A DNA stretch of 64,000 nt from Euglena gracilis (lineage: Eukaryota): NCBI GenBank assembly GCA_039621445.1, contig CP154954.1, positions 30,756,395 through 30,820,394 on the forward strand, in the 5' to 3' direction. This document shows, in pieces, positions 1 through 12,496 of this stretch. Every line of letters begins with the position of its first letter. Position 1 is the first letter of the stretch. The notes below the pieces were generated by a model that did not search any database, was not told the origin of the DNA, and saw nothing but the letters and a program-made list of their open reading frames with translations. The translations under genes were made by a program, and so were the position numbers.

Positions 1-1557
1 AATCGTGCCACGTCTTGAGCAACCTGGGCGACCCACAGTGCCATCACATTTTGCACGCAGGCATTTTGTGTGCACTAAAACAGTTCCAACTGCTCCAATT
101 CCCACCCCAAGCATGCACAACGCCATCGGATTTCATCGAGGTCACAAAGGAGCTGCAATGCACCTTGGGCGTACAGTTCTCTCCACTACCAGAGTGGGTA
201 GAGAGGAAGCAACCGGTGAACGTCGAGGATGACCACAGAAGTCAGCGTTGGTGGTCAGATAAGGTCCATCTAGCACGAAAAGATGCCCTGAAGAAGGTCC
301 TCCCACTCCGGGACAAGTGCCGGCTGCGCCTGCAATCCATGCCGCACACCACAGCCTGGGTGCAGACGGTCCCAAACAAAGGAATGGGGACGCGCATACA
401 AGCAACAAAGTACCGCCTGCTGCTACGGTGGTGGCTTGGAGCCAAGATCTCTCCATGGGCATCCGGAGCCCCATGCCCCATGTGTGGTGATTCCCTGGAT
501 CCCTTCGGGGACCATTTGCTATGCTGCAAAAAAAACAAACTCGTCTTGCGCCACAATGCAGTACGAGATGCGCTGGCAATGGTCCTCCGGGAGAATGGTG
601 TCCACACAAGGACAGAGGTGGCCGTCGGTGGAAAGAAGCGCCCAGCCGATGTGGCATTTGATGGAGTTGATCCTGCGGGGCCCTTGGCGGTGGACCTTGT
701 CGTCTTTCACCCGCTCCGAAAAGGGTTGTCCTGGGAAGAAGACCTAGCAGTGAAGAACATGGCCATGGCAGAACACAAGAAGATCACCAAAAACCAGCCA
801 ATATGCGAGTCGGCCGGATGGCTGTTCAGTCCACTGTCATTCCACCCATGGTCAGGTCTGGGCCCCCTGGGCTCAGGGCTACTTGGCCGGCTGGTGAAGC
901 AAGCACTAGGCGACAAACAAGGCTGGGCAAGGCAACACTTGGCCCAAGACATTTGGCACCGTATATCCTCGGCATTGATGGCGTTTGTGGCTGAGCAACT
1001 CTCTGCTGTGTTGGCAGCACGAGGGCACGAGGAGCTCCCGCTAACATCAGCGCCGCGGGATGCACCACCGCCTAGGACAGCACCAGGCCCACAACGAGGA
1101 ACCTCCGTGGCGGCGGTGGATATGCAAGGATGGCAAAGAGCATCCATGACCGAAGATGGAATGAATGTGGGCCCCATCCGCATCCAATGCACACGGCCGA
1201 GGTGAGAAACCTCGCAGATGGTAGCACCATCCCCCCCCACAAAAAAAAAGAAAGAAAGGGCCCACGCCCCTCAGGGTCAGGCCAACGGAAATCGAAGTGA
1301 AACCGCCCAAGTGACAGGCGGGTGCAACGGCACGCGGTGACCCGTCCCGACGGCAAAAGAACAGCACGCCGACACGGGCGACGCGCCCGCACGGGCGACG
1401 CGCGAGCACGGGAGCCGCGCGAGACGCGAGACGCGCGCCGTGCTGTGCCGTGCCGTGCCGTGCCGTGCCGTGCCGTGCCGTGCCGTGCCGTGCCGTGCCG
1501 TGCCGTGCTGTGCCGTGCCGTGCCGTGCCGTGCCGTGCCGTGCCGTGCCGTGCTGTG
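1..1557 (+). mobile_element. 3' fragment of CRE/SLACS-like non-LTR retrotransposon (zinc knuckle + restriction-like endonuclease), 3' UTR and (GTGCC)n end
   Basis: ORF 15-1205 has CPMC..DPFGDHLLCC, RHNAVRD, E..RPADV..AVD RLE motifs. Near-identical inverted copy at 12340-14150. This copy has an internal deletion of about 230 bp near position 57. Confidence 0.9.
1438..1557. repeat. (GTGCC)n pentanucleotide microsatellite
   Basis: About 23 units seen directly. Confidence 0.97.
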
Positions 1558-3640
1558 TCCCGGCAAATTGGGCAAGCCTGCAATTGGATTTCTCCAATGC
1601 CTTCAATTGCATGGTCAGGTCACACCTTTTGTTGGAGGCAACTACCAGGACACCCTGCCTCTTCAATTATCTCAACTTCGCATACAAGAACCCCGCCCCC
1701 CTTTTCTGCGCTGACAAAGTCCTCTGGTCCCGCTGCGGCACACACCAGGGATGCCCACTGGGCCCCGTCGGCTTCTGCATCGGCCTGCAACCCCTGGCCG
1801 AAACCATCACAAACAACGCAGAATTACTGTGGAGTTCCTGGTACCTGGATGATGGTATCATGGTGGGACAGCCTGACAAACTGCAGAAAGTCATCTCCTT
1901 CCTCCAGGGTGAGGCCACACGCTGCGGGTTACAATTGAACCTCCGGAAGTGTGTGGTCTGGGGGCCAGCCGGCAATTCAATCACTTCTGCACCAGAAATG
2001 ACCCTGATTGCCTGGGAAAAAGATACAGGGATCACGGTATTGGGGGTACCCGTGGACTTCCCCACAAGCCACCACAAGACAGCAGAAGCATGGGACTGCG
2101 CCACAGAAAAAATCGAACACGCGGCAGACATTGTTACCAGAATGACGGATGCCCAAATCTCTCATCACCTCCTACGCTCATGTCTTGACGGATGCAAAGT
2201 CAACCACCTGCTTCGCGGCTCCAACAGCTACCTCTGCCAGGAGGCAGTCAATCGGTCCTCCGAAGTCATCTTACAAGCCTTTGAGGACGTGGTGGGAGTC
2301 GCACTGAACACGACACAGAGATTGCAAGCAGCACTTCCACTCTCTAAAGGAGGATGCGGGCTGCGCGTCCCCTCACACAACCAAGCAGCGGCCCGCACAG
2401 CAGCGCTTTGTGGTTTCTACACCGAAGGGCATCGGAAAATTGGTCTGCCCCAGTATGCAGGAAGTCCCGTGGCAGATCTCATTGAGCAACCACTGAGAGA
2501 ACTGTGTGCTGCCCTACCCAACCACCCGACAGCCCCGAGACTGCTTGGAAACCTGGCAACAACTCAGACCGCAGGAAAAGATGAGCAGTCCCAAAAATGG
2601 TAGTCCAAAGAAATAGGCAAAACCACAATGGACAACCTGATTAATCAATGCAGGCCACGGGACCAAGCCCGCCTTCTGGAACAGTCCTCAGGAATTGGCC
2701 ATGGTTGGATGGCCTCTCCCCCCTCACCGGCTCTACACACAGTCTTCTCAAGTGATGAGTACTGTCTTGGGCTCAAATGGTGGCTTGGGCTGCCCATCAT
2801 TGACGATGAAACACAGAAATGCCAAGGCTGCTCAGCACCACTGGACAGGGAAGGGGACCACCTCATCTGCTGCCCTCGAAACAACTTCACCGCCAGACAC
2901 ACGGCCGTTCAGGATGCAATTTTTACTCTTTTGTCCTCCACAGGCCAAGGTGTCCAAAAGGAAGTCACGATCCCCAATGCTCTAGATGCCAACCTGCGCC
3001 CCGCTGATCTCCTACTATCGTGTTGGCAGGATGGCAAACCCACAGCCCTGGACCTCACAATCTGGCATGGTTGGCAAGTCCAAGAACAGAACACCTCACG
3101 GGAACGATGGAGGTCCTTTTTACGGTGCAAAGAAACGGCCAAGCACTCCAAATATGACGTCACCTGTCAAAACGCCGGTTGGTCCTTCACAACCTTGGCA
3201 ATGGGCACGTGGGGAGGCCTGGGCCCAGAGGCCGCCCGCCTGCTTGGCCGCATCATTAAAAGAGCCACTGCATGGCAAGAAGGTGAAATCAGGGACTTGA
3301 AACAGTCGGAATGCTATCAAGCCATAGCAGTCGCACTGACTCGCCAAATCTGGCAACTACTCAGCGTAAAGCATGCTGTTCGCTAAAAAGGATACCCAGA
3401 AGCCACCAAAAGCTGCGCAAACAGGAGGCAACCAGGAAAACCCCAAGCACCCAAGCACACCAAACACCAAAATCACAAGGAAGAGGCTCCTACGGCACCA
3501 TAAGACCAAAAAGACAAATCGCACCAACAACCAAGGCAATACGACACAAACACGCCCCGCCAGGCAGGCACCGACCAAACCCCCCCCCCCCCGCACTATA
3601 TCCAAAGTGGGCTTTGCCCACTTTCGGCTAACCACTAACC
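1558..3640 (+). mobile_element. 5'-truncated CRE-like non-LTR retrotransposon (RT + RLE) with a premature stop
   Basis: LQLDFSNAFN, QGCPLGP, WYLDD (ORF to 2603); in-frame TAG at 2601-2603; then CQGC..DHLICC, RHTAVQD, RPADLL..ALD (2628-3386). 3' end approximate. Confidence 0.9.
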
Positions 3641-3928
3641 ACCAACAGGTTCCGTACGTTGTCATGTACACTACCAGCAGTATGCACACCCGCGACCTGT
3701 GGCGGCACAGGAAGTCACAAGGGGGTTCCTCTTGTGGCGAGGGCCAAAAGAAACGCTACCCTGGGCCCGGGGCACGGTCTGGGTGAAGCTGTGCTACCCG
3801 CCGTGAATGTTACCTGTGCCCCGGCGTCTTATGTTTATCCTTTTTCAGCACAATGCCTGGTGGAAGACCGACAGATGGTGTTTGGCATTACTTCGTGAAC
3901 CATCAATTGTGCGATGGGCGCACTCGTG

Positions 3929-5880
3929 CTACAAAACAAATGGTTTGTCTGGCTTAACGTGTTGTAAAATTAATTCACTGCACAACAGTGATTTAATTTT
4001 TTCAAATGCCTCAATGTCGGATGGTTCCCAAGAAATCCTTTTCTTGGAACCCTTCTTGCCGTCCACTCGAGAAACTTTGAGCTTATCTTGAAGGCAAGCG
4101 ACAATGTGGGCGTAATCCTTCACATGGGAGCTGTAATAATTTGTGAACCCCAAAAAAGCACGTAGACCCGTGATTGTTTGGGGTAGCTCCCATTTTTCAA
4201 TGGCCATCAGCTTTCCAGGGGATGGTTTTCTCACCCCACCACCCAGAACATGGCCACAAAACTCAACTTCTTTTACGAAAAGACGGCATTTTCTTTTGTC
4301 GGCTACAAATCTGTCTTTTCGTAAAACTTCAAGGACTCTTCGCAAATCCTTGTCATGTGCTGCGAGTAAATCCTCACCAGGACCCACTCGAGTTCCAACC
4401 AAAATGTCGTCGATGTAAGGATCAGCCACGTCCCCCACCGGGAAGAGGCGATCCTCCATCATTTGCTGAAACTGCTGGCTTGTGTTTGTTAGACCCATCA
4501 CATTAACCCTCCACTGAAAAAGACCGAGGGGGGTACTGCAACATGTGATGGGCCGGCTTTCCGGGGCCAACGGCTGTTGGTGGAAAGCCTGCCGTAAATC
4601 CAAGATGGAAAACATCACGTTTCCACCTTGTTTTACAAGGAGGTCTTCAATTACGGGAAGGGGGTAGGACACACGCCTAGTTTGAATGTTAGGCCCTCGC
4701 ATGTCTACCACTCCCCTCCATTCGCCTCCTTTTTTCGGCACAACAAATGTTACGGACAGCCATTCCGAAACTGTTCCCTTGGGCAATCGCTCAACAAATT
4801 TCCGGTCCCACCATTCCTGGGTGACCTTTTTGTGAGCTTCAAATCTTTCACCGTGTAACACAAAGGGTTTTTGCCTTGTGGGTACAGCCCCCTCCTTCAG
4901 AGGAATCTGGGCGTAACCATAAGGTCCCCGAACGGGAGGGTCGGGGGGTACCTCCGTACCCAACACCTCCCCTTCAAAATCCTGAAAAATTCTGTTCCGA
5001 AATGCCACTACCCTTGGGTCCTCCTTCTCACCCGAGTCGCGAGCCTGGATTATGGCGTACACTGCCTTGTCCTCGGCTGGCGATTCGGTGAGATGCCTGG
5101 CTATGGTATGCAATTCCTTCTTGCCAAGGAATTTTGGTTGCATATCAAAGCCCTGCAAGGGCAGATGCAAATTCATTTTTTGCAAATCCAACCACACCTT
5201 TTCATTTTCAAGGGACTCCGTGGTTGGTGCGTTTTCAGGGGATTCTCCGAAGTCAGAAATCACAACCCCAATTCTTTTTTGTGAATTGTGTTTTTTCTTC
5301 CCCTTATGGGATTTCCTTTTCTGATTTCTTGTATCCCACACGTACAAGAAAGTCAGATTAGGATTGTCAAAAACCAGGGCCTTATGGTGTGGGAACACAC
5401 CCAAACCATGTTCGGCTAACCATGGAAAATATAATATAGCATCTACCTCAATATCCGCGAGGTAGAATTCCCCTTCGAGGTACAAGGCCTGGGTGGCCCC
5501 CTGCCCCGTACCCCTGCGTTGAAAACCCAACTCCAACTTAATACACTGGTCACCCCCCAAAACACATTGGCCGTTGGCAGCCACCAGCCGAATTGGCATT
5601 CGCGGTGACCTGGCCAAATGTTTTGGGACGATGGACCTTTTGACCAGGTTCACCTGGGCTCCCGTGTCCACCAAAACTTTGAGCTGCTTGGTATCTCCGT
5701 TAGGGAGATACGTCTGTGATGACATCAAAAGCTGCAGCTCGTTTTCAATGGGCAACACCTGATTGACCTTCAAGGTGTTGGCCAAATGACAGCAACGGTC
5801 TGGAATTTCCCATTCCTCAAAATCCTGGGAACTTTGGGAAATTTCTTTGGGCTGGTCCCCCTGAAAATCCCCAGCACTTA
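3929..5880 (-). CDS. pol: Gypsy pol: aspartic protease + reverse transcriptase (RNase H and integrase lost)
   Basis: LVDTGA; VVPKKGGEWRGVVDMRGPN; YIDDIL; EFCGHV; LRAFLGFTNYY. Confidence 0.92.
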
Positions 5881-6475
5881 GGAGATAATCAATCACCAGG
5901 GGGGGTATTCTTCCTTTTTGTCGGGGGGTAAACTTCATTTTTCTCCCCCCCCAACAATTCACGGTGCCGGAGTTGCCCATTGTCCCCCATCACCAGGTTA
6001 GGACACGATTCGCCATCACACAACACCGACCGTAGTTGTGAAATGGCTGGGCAGCACCAGAAACGTGTGGGCTTTTTATAACCCCAATCCGAAAACTGAC
6101 AATAATCAGTGTCGATATAGGGCAGGTTTTTCACCACCTCCCTATTTCGCAAAAGACCAGTGCGGGGGTTCTCCAACCACCACAACTTGGGCTGAAAATA
6201 ATTTATAATTTCATGGGTTTTCTCCACCAGGGCATCCGCCTGGGAGAAATCCCTTGGCCTGGGGTTATAAGCCGTGGAATAAATATTACAGGGGGGACTA
6301 GCGGCAATAACCTCAAAAAATCCAACCGGGTATCGCCTGTAGTCCCAGGTCAAAATGTGTGTGTGGGGGTGGAAGTCCGTCCAAGGAGCATTTTCAATTG
6401 ACAAAACTTCATACCCCCGTTCTACCAACCGCCTCCCAACCGAACCTGTGCCAGCGAATAAATCTAATGCCTGAG
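5880..6475 (-). CDS. C5-cytosine DNA methyltransferase domain inside the Gypsy polyprotein
   Basis: Motif I LDLFAGTGS, motif IV ASPPC, motif VI WLENP, then DYCQF..YKKPT. The C-terminal RIPPLVIDYLL continues in the pol frame after a homopolymer frameshift near 5945. Confidence 0.88.
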
Positions 6476-6649
6476 GTCGCTGAGCTGGTGGCAGGGGGTT
6501 GGGTTGTGGCAGATTTGAATGCAAAACGGGAACCCTTGAACATTTTCCTTCCCTCCAGGAGTAACGAGTCCGATTCAAAAATCTGGGGGGCTGATCCATA
6601 GAATGTTTTCCCCCACACCCTGAATCAGCCATAAAATCCTGTACAGCCC

Positions 6650-9600
6650 AGTTTTTTGAATCAGAAGAATTTACACCGTTTTCCTCACAGGGGGGAGAGA
6701 CACGGCCATGGGCAGCCCCCCCCTTCTCAAACTGCCCCTGGCCCCCCTATTGGGCCCCTGGGGGAGAAGAGGTGGGCCCACCCCCCTTTGACCATGCACC
6801 CCCCTTGCCCGAGGAATTTCGCTGAGTGGCTGGCTGCCCTTTACCCTTGGGCTGCCCCTTGCCTTTTCCATTATTTTGCCAAAATTCCTTAGATTTAGCA
6901 AGGGCCTCACTCAGCGGCTTGTTACACTCATAAAAATAATGCCCGCACTCCCCACAGTTGAAGCATGGATATGGGGACCTGCCCCTACCCGATGCCTGCG
7001 GGGTCCAGGTCTGCCCCCCCTTGCCTTGCCGGGCTGGGGGTGCTGGACTTTGGGTTCGCGACCATGAAGCTGCACCTGGCCGCGAAGACGAAGAATGGGA
7101 CCTGCCCCGCTGGGCTGGCTGGGCTGGCCCCTTATCTCCCTTTGGAGCTGGCTGTGGTGCAGATTTTGAGGTGTGACCCTGCCCCCCGGCTGCTGGTGTT
7201 GACACAGAGGTTGGGTTTGGCCTTTTTCCAACACCTGTATTTTCCCTGAGCCTTTTGTTGTCGATTTGCTGAATAATCTGGGAAAATGGTGCTGATTCAA
7301 AGCCAAATCCTGCTTCTCCCGAAGAGCTAACTTGCCCTCGGCAAAAGCAAACATTTCATCAACGGTCATTAGTTGTTCCACCAATTCAGTTTCCTTCCAT
7401 TTACGGCAGTTAATTTCAGTGCCTCCTCCGAAGAACTGAAATAAATAAGGCAAATGGCACCAGGGTTTTTGATAACCACCTTCCGTGGATCAATCCCCCC
7501 AGTGATCTGGCTCACACTCCTTTTAATCCCATCCACCGTGGGATTTGGTATCCCTGTGAGCCTGACAATGGGTTGTTTACGGGCTCGGTTATCCTCCTCT
7601 TCTATGCAAAACTTGCTTAAAAAAGGAGGAATTCTTTCCAAAAATAATCTCCGAGCCTCCCCGGCTGTGGCATCCTTAACATGGTGCCAGGCACTGCAAA
7701 ATTTAATCCAAAATTCTTGCAGATCAGCCCGGGTAATTTTTCCTTCGTTTACCATAGTTACCTCCTGCCATATTCTCCGAGCCGTTAGCCCCTTACTCGA
7801 GGCATAACGGTTCTGGAACTGAGCCAATATGGTGGGGTAACTTAATTTAGCTCCATTCAACCGATAGAGCCTGATTTCCTCCCTTAATCTGGGTCCTAAA
7901 CATGCCTCAAAAACCTGCAGCTTTTGCAAATCAGAATACGGTTTCCCTGATGTCAACCTGTCCCAGTAAAGATTCCAATCTACTTCAAAATCTTGCCAGG
8001 AAATGCTGCCCGATTCATCAAAATAGGGCTTAGCACCTCCCTGCAAAATTTCAAAAGCTACTGGGTCACCGATAAAAGGAAAACCCAACCCGTGTCCTGG
8101 GTTGGCTGCAGCCCCCCCTGTCCCGATAGGCCTAATCGAGAAAGCAGGGGCTGCAGAAATATGTGGAGGGACACACAATGACACAGAAGAAACCACTGCT
8201 GTGTCTTGCGTGTCCTCCAAAACAAATCCCCCCTCAATCACTAAGGGAGGGGAAATGTTTGAAACTGCAGATTTATTATGAGAAAAAATCTGATCTGAAA
8301 AAGCTGGGTCAGCACTGGGCACCGTGCTGGCCAGTGAGCTGGACTGAGGCTGCCCCAGGGGCTGCTGCTGTCCAGCCGACGGCAGGCTCAGCCCCATTGG
8401 CAGCCCGTGAGCAGGCTGCGGCTGGCCTGCTGGCTGGCTAGGCTGCTGGGCTAGCTGGACGACGGGCTGCTGGGCAAGCTGCTGCCCAGGCTGTGGCAGC
8501 CCCGCTGGGTGTAGGGGCTGCTGGCTGCCCTGCCGCAGCCACCACATGTCAGATTTTTTTTGCAAAACCCCTCTCGGTTCTGCAGTTGGGTGTACGGGTC
8601 CATTTTTTTGTAAATCCTGCAGCACTTTCTGTAACTCGAAAGTGTTCCCCCCAACTTTTGCAAGTCCCTGCCTTAATTCCTCCACCAGCCCACCAAATTT
8701 TTTCTCCTGGGAAAAAATCAGCCGATAAACACTCTTAAAATTCTGCTCACAATCCGTCAGCAGTTCTTGTATTTCTGAGTGTCGTTTCCCTACTTCATCT
8801 GAAATATTCTGGTGCAGTTTTTGAATACCCCCACCAAAACCATGGAGGGCTGTATTCATCGCTGAATTTTGTTCACCCAGCTGGCGAACATAATCAGCGA
8901 ACTGCTGGAGCTGCTGAGCCTGGCCCTGTACCGTACTACGCAGCGATACCAGGTCAGCCTGAACTTCAATGATTTTGGCAGCGACAACGGCCAGCTCTTG
9001 GAGAGTTTCTGCCTCCCCCCTCCTGAGCTGGCTGGGCGGCTTTAAAATTCTCAGCAAACCGCTGAAAATTTTTAAGCACGAGATCCTTAATTGGTAAGGC
9101 AGCCACCTGATTTTGCACTTGTTTCAAACTTTCCTGTGGCAGGCTGTCCAAAATTCGTAAAAATTCCTGCCTCAGGGCCAAAAACTGATCACAGCTCGAA
9201 GAAAACTGCTGGGCCAGATTTTCCTCAAAACTTTTTTCCTGCCCGACAAAATGTTCAAGTGCCTGTGCGTCAATTTTTTGCACAGAAATTTGCACCTGGG
9301 CCTCACATTTTTTCTCAAAAAGTTCAAAAATATGTTGGCAGTCAGCCCTGGCCGTTTCTTCGATTCGTGCAGCCATGTGCTCCACCAGGTGGATGTCGAC
9401 AGCGGGGGGTTGTTGTTGCTGCTGCTGCAGAACCCACTCTTCGTTGGCTTTTTCCAAAGCCAAAACCCGAAAAGTCAGGTGCTGCACTGTCCACTGGAGG
9501 TCTCTGTTACTTTGTAAAAATTGCCCCCAGGGGTCTTCAAATCCCTGATTTTGTGAACCCCCCCTGGGGGTGGCTTCAGAACTTTCATAGGCTGGGGGTT

Positions 9601-10950
9601 GAACCTCCTCCTCACCCCCCTCGATGAAAATATGAGGAGGCTGGGGGGCTGCAGCAGCTGCTGGCTGACCGTGATTAACCTCACGGTGCAGCCGTTTTTG
9701 CTGAACTTCATCACTACCTGGTGATGAAGCTGGTGTTCGGGGTGGCCGAGTAGAATTCGAGCTGGGCTGGTCCTTCGGGTTTTACTCTGCCCCCTCGACT
9801 TCTGCTATGACCCGCTCGTTGCTGTCCCAATTATTATTGTTTAAGCCCAGCACATGGCCCTGTGCTTGCTTTTCAAAGAAAACTGGGCTGGGGTTATCAC
9901 CCCCCTGCCCTGACGAGGCACTTGCCGTTTCCTTCGCCAGCCCATCTACCTGGGATGGTTGGGAAAACTGCAAAAGTGCCACCGGCTCTTGGGCTGGTGT
10001 TGAAGAAACTGGTTGAGCTGGAGGCAAAGGCAATGCAAAAGCGGGTAATGATGGCAGATTCCCTAAATTTTGCACGCATGAAAAGTCTGGGAGAGGTTGC
10101 AACTCAGGCAGCACAAAACCGTACCCCATATTTTGCAAAGGCAAAACCCCTGAAAAAGGCTCTGGAAAACACGGTTGGTTGGAAATGACAACCTGGCCAT
10201 CCCCACCCTGAAATTCCAACATCTGTCCCATATTTGTGGGGGTTCTGAGTTCAGCCAAACTGGTTTCGGGTCCCAACTCCCTGTTCCCCGAAATTCCAAT
10301 CGTCAGATTTGCCATCTGAGATTGGGCCATTGGCTGATCGTCAAAGAAAACATTCTGAGCAGGGATTTCCAACCCACAATTTCCGACAGAAGGCTGAAGG
10401 ATCAACCTCTGCTTACCATACTTCACACCCGTGCTGCCATGTCCCCCGGCAGCACTGGGGTGAAGCGGAAACCCCCGCCCCGGGCCAGTTTCCGGCGTAG
10501 GATCGTTTTTTTGGCTCCTGGAGCCGACTTGTGTCGGAAATTTTTTCCTATTCTGCTCCCCCCTGTGGCCGAAACTGGGCCATTATTTCCAAGGAGAAAC
10601 TTCCCAGTGGACCCTCCCCGACCCCTGAGGGGGGTGTCACTGGGATCTCCAAGGGGGGTGTCTTTGGGGTTTCAACCCCTCCCTGCTCAGTTGAACCAGT
10701 GAGAGCCAACACCCCCCCCTGGGTGTCATTTCTCACAGTTTCTGGGCCAAAAAGGGGGTTTTGGGGTGAAATTTGGCCAGTGGTTGCCTGAGTTGAAGAG
10801 TCCCACCCCCCTGCCCCTTTTCCCACAGATGAGGTGGGGGGGGAAGACAAACCTCACCTTCTTCAAATGATTGATTGTTTTGTTGATCTTCCATTTGCAA
10901 TTGAAATTCCAAATTCAATACTTGATTGTAATTGGATGCAATTGCCACAA
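6650..10950 (-). CDS. gag: Gypsy gag region (frameshifted): coiled coil, capsid-like segment, CCHC zinc knuckle
   Basis: ORFs 7369-9057, 8966-9487 and 9782-10850; CFNCGECGHYFYEC at 6924-6965. Confidence 0.75.
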
Positions 10951-11441
10951 CAAGTACAATGGTGCAACAGGTAAAGAGGAAAACCCTGTGAAAAGAAAAT
11001 GATTTTGATGCCCTTGATGGGCAGTTAAATTTAGGATTGAGTGCGCTGATTCCTAAGCGCTCTCAAATCCCAAATCTTAGCCCATTGCATCAAAATCAAC
11101 CAACCCAGCTCAAAATCAAGGTTTCCCCCCTTGATTTCGATAAATTTTGCTGAATTCCATCATTATTGAGCTTTGTAAACCCCTGCAAAAACTCCAGGAA
11201 CTCAGGCGCCAATCTCTTAAAATTCTGTTCCAAGCGTTTGCAAGCGCTCTCACCAAATCCAACATTTTCTCTTAAAACCAAAGGAAAAATGCATAAAAAG
11301 CTTAAAATGTGCTAAATAAACCCAAAATCACCATTTGGGAATACCTAGCATCACTCAATCTCTCTCCTTGCACAACCAAACCATGGGCGCCCTAGGAGAG
11401 GGAATTTTAATGGAAATCTTTAGAAAGCCTTAAAATTAGAG

Positions 11442-12005
11442 CTAAACCGCCCTTAAAAGGCCTTCTAAAAGGGAAAAACTCCGCCGCCCGGCGGTCGACC
11501 TCAAACGGTCGTCAGATCGTGTTTCCAGAAAATCCATTATCCAGTCCCAGCGTCTTTGTAGGAAGGTGGGGTTTTGAAAGATATTGCCCAGGGGTCGTCC
11601 AAGTTGACAGTCATGTGTTTCGATTCGCCAACGAGCCCAGAGGGGGAAGTTTTCCTGGCAGAGGTAGCACGTTACAAAGGGGAGCGTTGGTTGGATCTGT
11701 TGGTTGACTGACGTGCTTGGCCCTGAGGCTGCCGGCCTGGTGCGGGTCCAACGCCAACTTTGTCCATTTAGGCAAATGTCTTCCCAGACTTCCTCGGGGT
11801 TTTCTTGGGGGCGGGACCGGCCTGCCGGGGGACCAGGGTTTTGTTCAATGTCATGCGCCTGGCGGACCAGTTGTTTAGTCAGGTTGAAGGATTGAGGGGT
11901 GGCGGGTGGCGGGGGTTCCGAGTGAGGGGGGTTTGTTTGGACTAGGCTGTGGGGGGTGGTGCTGAGTTCCTTCGGGTTTGGTGATTTCCGGTCGATGATG
12001 AGCAA
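11442..12005 (-). CDS. Small ORF with 2A-like peptide (LVRQAHDIEQNPGP) and a putative CxxC..HxC zinc finger
   Basis: Exact D(V/I)ExNPGP consensus within 11829-11888. Confidence 0.6.
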   Translation of the reverse strand: MLIIDRKSPNPKELSTTPHSLVQTNPPHSEPPPPATPQSFNLTKQLVRQAHDIEQNPGPPAGRSRPQENPEEVWEDICLNGQSWRWTRTRPAASGPSTSVNQQIQPTLPFVTCYLCQENFPLWARWRIETHDCQLGRPLGNIFQNPTFLQRRWDWIMDFLETRSDDRLRSTAGRRSFSLLEGLLRAV

Positions 12006-12339
12006 GCCGAAGTGGTTTTTGGTTGGGCAGGGGTGGAAATGACGTTTTGGGAAAAGTACGGAGAGACTGCTGGAATTGGGGGTCCAGTCCTGAGGGAATC
12101 CCGGGTCAGATTTTTTTGGGTATCGGTGTTTTTTAAGGCCACAGGTTGGGGTGGACAGATTTTCCGCTGGTTCAGCTGAGTCAACTCCTGTTTTTGGGAA
12201 TGGGGGGGAAAAAGGTCCACTGGGTGGGAAAAGTGGGGGGGAACTGGGGGGGGGGAAGTGAACTCCAGTTTAGTGTTGGCTGTCTCCCGAACTGTAACAC
12301 AGGCTTCGACTGCAAAAGGAGGGCCAACGAACCAAGGTG

Positions 12340-12496
12340 AGCACGGCACGGCACGGCACGGCACGGCACGGCACGGCACGGCACGGCACGGCACGGCACG
12401 GCACGGCACGGCACGGCACGGCACGGCACGGCACGGCACGGCACGGCACGGCACGGCACGGCACGGCACGGCACGGCACGGCACGGCACAGCACGG
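12340..12496. repeat. (GGCAC)n microsatellite, the reverse complement of (GTGCC)n
   Basis: About 30 units seen directly. Confidence 0.97.

Larger units (their letters stand above)
3929..12299 (-). mobile_element. Ty3/Gypsy LTR retrotransposon, 3'-truncated (gag - C5 DNA methyltransferase - protease - RT)
   Basis: Frameshifted gag ORFs, CCHC knuckle, VLVDTGA protease, RT with LDLRQAFHQ and YIDD. Ends at KPFVL, just before RNase H. The 5' edge is a guess at TGTTACAG (12299). Confidence 0.85.

Noticed and set aside
1047-1938. ORFs with (HGTAR)n or (CRAVP)n, and similar poly-Q, PYPPL and QYST ORFs elsewhere
   Set aside because: Translations of microsatellites.
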